Made by a program: the position numbers and the translations under genes. A DNA stretch of 26,588 bases from a virus (lineage: Duplodnaviria; Caudoviricetes): IMG/VR virus record IMGVR_UViG_3300036975_000049, positions 1-26,588 of that record, one strand, 5' to 3'. Below the pieces are notes generated by a model. It searched no databases. It saw only the letters and a list, made by a program, of their open reading frames with translations, and had not been told where the DNA came from. Positions 9,237 to 16,527 of the stretch are shown here, piece after piece; position 1 is the first letter of the stretch, and each line of letters starts with the position of its first letter.

Positions 9237-9879
9237 GCCAAATATCAGGTTTTACAAAATCATAATAAGCTTCTTTATCAAATTGTAATCCGCATTTCTG
9301 TTCAATAAAGTATCTTGCAGCATCTTCAGATTGTATCAATGATCCCGAATTAACTAATATTGTATTGATTTTTTGATCAAAGCGCAAATCATTCATCCTC
9401 TTTGTTAATCGAGAGATCATAGAATCAATGTATTTATTTTTATTCATCACCGAATTAAATCTTCTGTTCCATGTCACGTGCCGCAGCAAACTTTCTTTGA
9501 TCTTATCTGTATCGCGGATAGGTAAAATCCATGTAGCTTTAGGAAACGCTTTTACATAAAGAGGGGAAAGAAAGAGTAATTTAGAATCTTTATAAAGCCA
9601 GCATTCTCTGTTGCCTACAATATTCAAAACTTCAATGCGCAAATCACAATCAATATTAATGCAATCTGGTATTTTTTCATCCGAACGGGCGCGCAGTCCA
9701 TTTTGGCGCATTATTTTTTTCGTTAGGTCAACTAGTTGTTTATTTTCGTAATAACCTAATTCGTTATATTTGTCCCCTTGGATTGTATCTCCTGTCCATA
9801 CCCCGCAACGATGCAAAAGCCCTGCGACAAATGAAGTCCCTGATCTCGGTATACCGGCAACAAAAAATATCTTATTCAT
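9229..9879 (-). CDS. Sulfotransferase-family protein, 216 aa
   Basis: FFVAGIPRSGTSFVAGLL, NELGYYEN, YKDSK and PKATWILPIRD. Distant paralog of 7801..8508. Confidence 0.8.
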   Translation of the reverse strand: MNKIFFVAGIPRSGTSFVAGLLHRCGVWTGDTIQGDKYNELGYYENKQLVDLTKKIMRQNGLRARSDEKIPDCINIDCDLRIEVLNIVGNRECWLYKDSKLLFLSPLYVKAFPKATWILPIRDTDKIKESLLRHVTWNRRFNSVMNKNKYIDSMISRLTKRMNDLRFDQKINTILVNSGSLIQSEDAARYFIEQKCGLQFDKEAYYDFVKPDIWHG

Positions 9880-10417
9880 CTTTCAAGGGTTTTACAAATA
9901 CAACTAATTCTCTGGAATGCCATCCCCTACCACGCATTTCCCGAACTTCAAAACGGGTAGATAAACGATCAATCCACCACTTACGTGGCCTCACGAGTAC
10001 ATGGGCATTACGCCCGTCAGATAACCAATGTTTTTTTGCTAATCCAAGACAAATCACAAAAAACCCACCTATTTGCATATAGTCTTTTATTTCATCGAGG
10101 ACAGCATCTATATACTCGCGTTCGATATGTTCAAAAACATCCGTAGAGACTATAAAATCAAATTTCCTGTTATATGCTGGTTTTTTTGATTTCTCAATTA
10201 ATCCGGGATCATATTCAGTTACTGTATATCCGTTATCTCTTAATAATCCTGACAGTATCCCTTTGCCCGCCCCATAATCAAGTACGGTGTCAGACTGTGT
10301 TTCTTTTAAAAGCCTGATTACTGTTTCAGCCCACTTGCCTCCGGCAACTCCAAATTTCTTCGTATGATAATGCTCTACATTTAATTGTTGATATTCTTTT
10401 GATATTGTTTTTCTCAT
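9872..10417 (-). CDS. Class I SAM-dependent methyltransferase
   Basis: Motif I VLDYGAGKG, YDPG, and FDFIVSTDVFEHI. Start placed at the ATGA overlap at 10417; the track gives 10426. Confidence 0.88.
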   Translation of the reverse strand: MRKTISKEYQQLNVEHYHTKKFGVAGGKWAETVIRLLKETQSDTVLDYGAGKGILSGLLRDNGYTVTEYDPGLIEKSKKPAYNRKFDFIVSTDVFEHIEREYIDAVLDEIKDYMQIGGFFVICLGLAKKHWLSDGRNAHVLVRPRKWWIDRLSTRFEVREMRGRGWHSRELVVFVKPLKDE

Positions 10418-11001
10418 CGGATACAAATTTTAATATCATTTTCTTCAAGAGACATAATTAACGTATATTCTGCTTTCCAGTCATGCGTATTACCCCCTTT
10501 TTTGAGTTTCATTGTATGATTATCAAACTTTTTAAAAATCTTTGGATGATGATTCATGCGCCCTTGAAAACCATGTAAAACAGCATCAAAACCATACAAC
10601 GATATAGATTCAGGTTGATATTTTTCATAAACAGCAAGAACAGCAGCAGTGCCCCTCGAAAGATGATAATCAGGTTTAATGTTTTCTTCAAACTTTAAAA
10701 TAGATTGTCTTAACTCTTCGGTTTTTATCCCCCGGAAAGTCGAATCAATATCTTTTAAATGACGTATCATAGGTTCAGTTCTGTAATACCAATAATATGC
10801 ATTAGGAAATCGTTCGGACATCATTGCATAGTTTTTTGATATGCCATCTGAAAAAACACCAATATCATAGCGCGTACCGTAATCTTCTACAGGTTGCCAG
10901 TCGCAATTTGCCATTCGTACAACAAGATCATGCCGGTCTATTTCAATCCTGTAACCTTGATTAATTACACTTGGGCCATGTCCTATTATTGCTATTTTCA
11001 T
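10414..11001 (-). CDS. GT29 (sialyltransferase)-like glycosyltransferase, 195 aa
   Basis: Sialylmotif L-like IAIIGHGPS...EIDRHDLVVRMAN...DYGTRYD, S-like SRGTAAV...ISLYGFD, and VS-like HDWKAE. Confidence 0.72.
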   Translation of the reverse strand: MKIAIIGHGPSVINQGYRIEIDRHDLVVRMANCDWQPVEDYGTRYDIGVFSDGISKNYAMMSERFPNAYYWYYRTEPMIRHLKDIDSTFRGIKTEELRQSILKFEENIKPDYHLSRGTAAVLAVYEKYQPESISLYGFDAVLHGFQGRMNHHPKIFKKFDNHTMKLKKGGNTHDWKAEYTLIMSLEENDIKICIR

Positions 11002-11684
11002 AATATTTCAGATAAATTTACCTTTTCGAAAACACTCAACTGGCTTTTTGGGTTCGCATTAATAATTCGTACGCCTAATCGTTTAGCGTCCCTTGCAATT
11101 GCAGGGAAAGCTTTATGGTGCCTGCTAAACGAATTTTCATAAGCTTTAGGTGATTTTTTGGGATAAACAGAATGCCAATGACTATTATGGTTTGCATCCA
11201 TTGACAGGTCAAAACCTAATAATATAATTTTTTTTGCCCCAAGGTGTACTGCCAAATCTATCGCTGTTGCGCCACTATTTGACTTCCAAACCAATTCACT
11301 GTTTTTCGGGCTAATACCGCAGTTACGGTCTCTCGTATATTGTTTGAGATATTTGACCCACGGATACCCCCTTGTCGCTGAATTGGTAGAAACTTTAATT
11401 CCGGGAAAATTGGATAAACCCCTACGGTTTTTCAGGAAAAATCCCGCATCACCAAAAAAACAAAAGTCAATCCAATTACCAATCATAAATGAAGCATTGA
11501 CACCAATAACATGTTTATCGTACAGTTGAGAAAGATAAGGTGAATATTCTTTTGGCTGGGCCTTATGCGACAAAACAGATTCTATAACTTTCTTCGGTAT
11601 ATCAAACTGTTCAGGCATAGAAGGGCCGCCGCCAATGATGAAACATTCACCCCCTTCCCATATTCTTGGAACCTTCCAAGGCAT
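10998..11684 (-). CDS. Maf/DUF115 (CstII-like fold) putative nonulosonate transferase, 228 aa
   Basis: CFIIGGGPS, VIGVN, NSGATAIDLAVHLGAKKIILLGFD and IINAN. SD GGAGGAG 6 nt upstream. Confidence 0.7.
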   Translation of the reverse strand: MPWKVPRIWEGGECFIIGGGPSMPEQFDIPKKVIESVLSHKAQPKEYSPYLSQLYDKHVIGVNASFMIGNWIDFCFFGDAGFFLKNRRGLSNFPGIKVSTNSATRGYPWVKYLKQYTRDRNCGISPKNSELVWKSNSGATAIDLAVHLGAKKIILLGFDLSMDANHNSHWHSVYPKKSPKAYENSFSRHHKAFPAIARDAKRLGVRIINANPKSQLSVFEKVNLSEIL

Positions 11685-11687
11685 TGA

Positions 11688-12065
11688 TCACTCCTCCACG
11701 GTTTCGTTTCCTCCCTCAAGTTCAGATTTTAGCTTTTCAGCTTCTTCTTTATGAAGAGAAGATTCATTCATTACTTTACCCTCTGAATTAACTACATTAT
11801 ACCATCCACCTCCTTTAGATTCAATTGAAAATGTCGGAGACTTGGCTTTTTTGGCCTCTTCGGTATCTTTCTCTTCGGGGTTTCCATCAAGGCATTGAAT
11901 TACATCACGGAGATTTTCCGGTATTTCCGAATAATCGGCAAGGAATGTTTGATTAGGTTTTATAATCTTACGTTCCCTGCAACCTGGTATGTGTAATCTG
12001 AATGTGCCTCCACCGATATTTTTCCACCTTGGTAAATTAACTTCTTTTTTCTTCGTTCTTTCCAT
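11688..12065 (-). CDS. Hypothetical head-associated protein
   Basis: Directly downstream of the major capsid gene. Begins MERTKKK (GTG at 12068 is an alternative start). Has a small C-terminal domain KGGGWYNVVNSEGKVMN. Confidence 0.6.
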   Translation of the reverse strand: MERTKKKEVNLPRWKNIGGGTFRLHIPGCRERKIIKPNQTFLADYSEIPENLRDVIQCLDGNPEEKDTEEAKKAKSPTFSIESKGGGWYNVVNSEGKVMNESSLHKEEAEKLKSELEGGNETVEE

Positions 12066-12084
12066 CACTTTTTTATTAAAAGTT

Positions 12085-12113
12085 AAAAAATATATGCCCC
12101 ATGATTAGAGACA
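12085..12113 (-). terminator. Hairpin plus U-tract after the major capsid gene (terminator/attenuator-like)
   Basis: Minus strand TGTCTC-TAATCAT-GGGGCA-TATATTTTTT. Same CTCTAATCATGGG core as 5718-5730. Confidence 0.5.
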
Positions 12114-12126
12114 AAAAAGTATTATC

Positions 12127-13218
12127 CTACGAAGTACTATAATGAGTAATCCCGCTACGTCCTGCCTGATCACTACGAATCTGAGGAACCTGGATAGTCA
12201 TTACTTTATATTTCGTAATCATATTTCCTTCGGTCATCCACTCAACATTTTGGATACCCATTCCGCGAACAAGGCGGACAACATCGCTGGACATCTGTAC
12301 TAACAACAGGTTACCATCGGCCAACGTATCAGAAACACGTACCTCACGGATGCCCCCAATCTTAAGAATCCGTTCACGGATCGTAGTACCTGGAGTAGTG
12401 GCATCGTAATCCTCATCAAGCGTTGTCTCATATTCGGTGGGAATATATAATACCCATGGGCCATAATGCCGGGCATTGATACTTGATTGCTTCATATCCC
12501 GTACATCCTGTAGGATAGTCGAAGAAGAAGCACCAGAAGCAGTCCAGCCAGTAAATGTACCTGTATTCCGATTAGGGTGATTGAGATACGAATAAATAGT
12601 ACCTCCGCCGAAAGCGTAAGTGGTATTTGTGAAAAGCATATTTTCAAGCTTTTCATTTACCCGCCGCGCGGCACGTTCAGCCGTTGTCGTGTCTAACGGA
12701 TTGCCAAGTGACCGGCTAGCCTCCAAAACACGTGCATTGATCTCATAATCCACGTGAATAATCGGGATAGGCAGGTAATTGGTTGTATAAGATGGGCGAT
12801 CACCGACAGACCGTGTTACACCGTCCATCGTAAGGTCGGCCTCCATTGCATCCGATACATCGTGCCATTCAAGGACAGTAGTGCCCATAGCATTGCCTAA
12901 ATCATAGGTAAGGCCGGCACTAATTAAATCCTGTATACCTCCAAGTCGATAATCAGAGATAGCTAGTACAGCCTCATCGAGTTGCTTCCACTCATCCCGG
13001 CGAAGGGTAGCGTTCGCGTTGATAGGCATTACTTTATAATTTTTACGATCTCTCGGATTACCTCCTAAATAGGATGCGATATATGACCTACCGTCCCTAC
13101 CAATAAAAGGGCGCAAGCGGCCAATATTTAATCGCCCGTTTGCCATAATTTGCCCGGCTACCTCTCCTTGTGAACTATTCCGGGACAAAAAATCTACATT
13201 AATCTTTTTATCAGGCAT
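12127..13218 (-). CDS. Major capsid protein (HK97 fold), 363 aa
   Basis: Size and position after the protease and decoration genes. Motifs NATLRRDEWKQLDEAV, LPIPIIHVDYEINARVLEASR and YGPWVLYIP. SD AAAGGAGG at 13226-13233. Confidence 0.9.
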   Translation of the reverse strand: MPDKKINVDFLSRNSSQGEVAGQIMANGRLNIGRLRPFIGRDGRSYIASYLGGNPRDRKNYKVMPINANATLRRDEWKQLDEAVLAISDYRLGGIQDLISAGLTYDLGNAMGTTVLEWHDVSDAMEADLTMDGVTRSVGDRPSYTTNYLPIPIIHVDYEINARVLEASRSLGNPLDTTTAERAARRVNEKLENMLFTNTTYAFGGGTIYSYLNHPNRNTGTFTGWTASGASSSTILQDVRDMKQSSINARHYGPWVLYIPTEYETTLDEDYDATTPGTTIRERILKIGGIREVRVSDTLADGNLLLVQMSSDVVRLVRGMGIQNVEWMTEGNMITKYKVMTIQVPQIRSDQAGRSGITHYSTS

Positions 13219-13238
13219 AATTTTTCCTCCTTTCTTTA

Positions 13239-13730
13239 TTATGAAATTAAAACTTTAATTCTCTGATCACCCATTATACCAGAAGATTCGCCTCCTGAAC
13301 TATCTGCCAGGTTTTTTGCTTCGAGGGCAATACCGATAATAGGGTCACCATATATAGTCAATGGCGTCGCTGCACTTGAACCGACATCCGGCACATGTTT
13401 CTGTACATTTCCATTTCCGGCAGATTCAAGGGGATCCCCTATAGATACATTTTGACCATCTTCCAAAATTAAATACGCTACTTCACCCCTCTGTGCAATC
13501 CAGCACTGTACAGGATCGTCTGCAGAATAATCATCGTCAATACCATTTCCTTGCAGTTCGTCTTCAAGGGCGATCATCTTCGGCGCTACATTTCCAGCGG
13601 ACGAAGAATGCGCCTGGACTTTACCCGCGCTGGTAATTTCGAGAAGTTCCCCAGGTGTTATGGCTGAAACAGCATCGTACTCAACAATAACATCAAGATA
13701 CTTCTTTAGCTTAATCGTATTATAAGCCAT
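13239..13730 (-). CDS. Capsid decoration/cement protein, 163 aa
   Basis: Lies between protease-scaffold and MCP. Contains AITPGELL, GDPLESAGNG and IIGIALEA patterns. SD AAAGGAGG at 13738-13745. Confidence 0.75.
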   Translation of the reverse strand: MAYNTIKLKKYLDVIVEYDAVSAITPGELLEITSAGKVQAHSSSAGNVAPKMIALEDELQGNGIDDDYSADDPVQCWIAQRGEVAYLILEDGQNVSIGDPLESAGNGNVQKHVPDVGSSAATPLTIYGDPIIGIALEAKNLADSSGGESSGIMGDQRIKVLIS

Positions 13731-13759
13731 TCGTTTTCCTCCTTTCTTTAATTAAAAAA

Positions 13760-15487
13760 TTATTTATTTTCATTTTTCTCCGGCTTGTCGTACCCGGTAG
13801 GCATAAGGACTTCCTCATCATATTCCGCATTTGCGATTACAGAACCATGAGCGGCTGAATAATCACCTACCGGCTGTACCGATTTAGCAATTTTTTCAAG
13901 CTCGGATAGTTCCTTGGCCTGTAATTCTTTATCAGTCCATACGGCTTCTGCGTTTGCCTGTATTTTCGCGATGAGTTCCTCTTGCCGCGCCCTTAACTGT
14001 TGTTTGCCATAAGCAAAGACAGCCTGGTCTTCAGCCGGTAAATCCTTTATGCTGATTTTTTTCTCTTTATTGTTATCAGCATTTACATCAGGGGCATCAT
14101 TACTTTTTTCTTTAATATCTGAAATCTGCTCCTTTTTGCCCTCAACAGGCAGTAGTTTTTCAAGCTGCTCCTCACTTAAGTTTTGCAGCCATTCCCGGTC
14201 TTCCTCTACGTATTTTGTAGATTCATTAGCAATTAAACTAACGATTTTTTCTTCGCAAGCCGGGCACTCATGTTTGTTTGCACTCATATTCGGTGCCTCC
14301 TTTCCTTTTTTATTGTTAACACTTTTTTTTGTTCTTTTCATTTCCTGCACTACGTACTCAACGGTACGGTTTACCGACACAGGATCGTTTGTGAAATCAA
14401 TTTCACCCGATTCATTAACGGAATAATCCCTTCGATATAATTCGGTGACACCATCACGGCGGCGTACCTCATAGACAAGATAATCCTCGTACATTTCTTC
14501 TAAAAAATGCATTTTCATATCATCGTCCATACGGTCGAGCTTATTCCGGGCATTATCTACAAGTTCCTTATATCCTTTTTCAGCAAGGCAACTTATAGAT
14601 CGGGCGATAATTCCTTCGTTGTTCAATTCTTTTAATGTTTGAAACAACGCTGGAAATCCTTTTTTATCGTTTTTATTTACAGACACATTACTACCTCCTT
14701 TCTCTTTTGTTTTTATATTAGATTGATTGGCTCTTATTCCGCAACCATCCAGCCAGGAACATGCACCTTGCCCTCCGGGTAGTAGAGCTAAATGATCCGG
14801 TCTGTAATTACGGGCAACAGCCTCATAAGTTTCTCCATTCCATTCCCCTTGAATATCGTCTTCATCGTTAAAAATCGCAATTGATACTTCAAGTGGGTAG
14901 CCTTCTACGATATATGATAACCCTTCCGGGGATATAGCAGCAAGGCGATGGGTATCAAGCCACGCCTCTCCTTTTAATTTTTCATCACTAAAATAAGTCC
15001 CAAAAATCCTTCCTACATGATATTCTTTTAAGATTTCGGGGGAATTAGCGGATATATAATTTCCTTGTTTATCCTTCGGATGATTGATCGTTACAGGAAT
15101 TCCATCGAAAGCCATAGGCATATGGGCTAATTCTTCCGCAGGATGAAATATTGCGCCACGGGAACCCGAATGTACCCCCTCTACCATCATAACGACCGGT
15201 ACTACAACATATTCTTTGCCTTCATAAACTTCATTACGGATTTCATAGGAAGAATTTGCTTGTAGAATTGTTTCAAACACTTTTTCTTTTGTTTTCATAT
15301 CTGTGTTTTTTTCATTACCAACTATTCCATTTGCCTGTCTTATTGCCGACGATGCGCAAGTACGATCATTCCCACCTTCACTGATACAACTAGATAAGGC
15401 AGCATTTGCTATACGTACCCATCGACGCTTTTCACTTCGTGAAAGACCACTCTTAAACCTATCTACATCTTCAATTGTCCAAGGCAT
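13760..15487 (-). CDS. DUF2213-type prohead protease-scaffold fusion, 575 aa
   Basis: GIPVTINHP, LEVS and PDHLALLPGGQGACSWLDGCG, followed by a charged helical scaffold-like C-terminus. Confidence 0.85.
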   Translation of the reverse strand: MPWTIEDVDRFKSGLSRSEKRRWVRIANAALSSCISEGGNDRTCASSAIRQANGIVGNEKNTDMKTKEKVFETILQANSSYEIRNEVYEGKEYVVVPVVMMVEGVHSGSRGAIFHPAEELAHMPMAFDGIPVTINHPKDKQGNYISANSPEILKEYHVGRIFGTYFSDEKLKGEAWLDTHRLAAISPEGLSYIVEGYPLEVSIAIFNDEDDIQGEWNGETYEAVARNYRPDHLALLPGGQGACSWLDGCGIRANQSNIKTKEKGGSNVSVNKNDKKGFPALFQTLKELNNEGIIARSISCLAEKGYKELVDNARNKLDRMDDDMKMHFLEEMYEDYLVYEVRRRDGVTELYRRDYSVNESGEIDFTNDPVSVNRTVEYVVQEMKRTKKSVNNKKGKEAPNMSANKHECPACEEKIVSLIANESTKYVEEDREWLQNLSEEQLEKLLPVEGKKEQISDIKEKSNDAPDVNADNNKEKKISIKDLPAEDQAVFAYGKQQLRARQEELIAKIQANAEAVWTDKELQAKELSELEKIAKSVQPVGDYSAAHGSVIANAEYDEEVLMPTGYDKPEKNENK

Positions 15488-15543
15488 TTCTTTCTATTTT
15501 AAATAGAATCTAATATACCACTTCTTACCTGCGGTAATTCATT

Positions 15544-16527
15544 CTATCTCGTTGCCGCATCTATACCTTCCCTAAATGGAAGTGCAATACACCTACATTG
15601 TGGATGTACCGGGATCATATTCATAATTGTATCCAAATTATAAACATTTCCTTGTAATCCGGCACATTCACTACAAACACGGTTATCCCCGGCAGTAGAC
15701 CACTCTGCTTTTACAACGACACCTTCTACAGCCCAATTCTTATACTCAGTTATAGTGGCTTGGTGATGAGCTCTTATAATTTCAGTACGTGCCATTATTG
15801 TAGCACGCCTGCGTGCCGGTATAAATCGGCCTAATGTATCAGTAATCCCAAATTCTCCAAGATTACCGCCGTTAATTGTACGTATAATTTTAGCAGCCAA
15901 TAAACGCGGCCCATCCCCGTCGGCAATGCCTTGGGCGAGTATGCGGCTTATTTGTGTGTCCATTGCCGCTGTAATTCCCTTTAATTCTTCAAAAACCCGC
16001 GTATATAATAATCCTAATCGATCGACGTGGGTCGGGGTAGACATAGAAACTTCTATTCCTCCGGTAGCGTCGATTGTGGGAATGTCAAATCCGGCTGCTT
16101 TAAATTCATACCTTGCGCGGAGCACTCCCCGTTTATAAGAATCCTTTATATATAGGTTCGTCCATGGTTCATCCACAGCACCACCAACTTGCTGTATAAC
16201 CTGAACTTCTAAAATCTCCTTATCGATTTGTTGCCGAAGCCATTGCATGAAGGCTTCTACTTTATCCCGGTTACGGTTAAATGCAAAGGCATTACGCGGG
16301 GGAGGGTTTAATTGTTGTAATGCTGTAACACTATCCGGCCGTAAACCAAAACAATCCTGGTCTATTATAGCTTTTCGTATAACAGCGGATAATCTGCGAT
16401 ATTTACCACTTAAACGACGTACGAAATTATTGCGTAAAGTAGTAGTACGGGTAGGATCAACCTGATCTTGTTCCTGTACCAATATCCTTATCGGCCTGTG
16501 AATAGTATTTTGAGAAATGTCATTCAT
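15544..16527 (-). CDS. Head morphogenesis protein (SPP1 gp7 / MuF family), 327 aa
   Basis: RATIMARTE, WSTAGDNRVCSEC and PVHPQCRC. Follows the portal gene. Confidence 0.92.
   Translation of the reverse strand: MNDISQNTIHRPIRILVQEQDQVDPTRTTTLRNNFVRRLSGKYRRLSAVIRKAIIDQDCFGLRPDSVTALQQLNPPPRNAFAFNRNRDKVEAFMQWLRQQIDKEILEVQVIQQVGGAVDEPWTNLYIKDSYKRGVLRARYEFKAAGFDIPTIDATGGIEVSMSTPTHVDRLGLLYTRVFEELKGITAAMDTQISRILAQGIADGDGPRLLAAKIIRTINGGNLGEFGITDTLGRFIPARRRATIMARTEIIRAHHQATITEYKNWAVEGVVVKAEWSTAGDNRVCSECAGLQGNVYNLDTIMNMIPVHPQCRCIALPFREGIDAATR

Noticed and set aside
9872-10417. DNA methyltransferase / restriction-modification gene
   Set aside because: No DPPY/NPPY or PC catalytic motif. The DVFEH pattern and context fit a small-molecule or glycan methyltransferase.
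12127-13218. Encapsulin/linocin-like nanocompartment
   Set aside because: The gene is embedded in a full terminase-portal-protease-tail operon, so it is a phage capsid.
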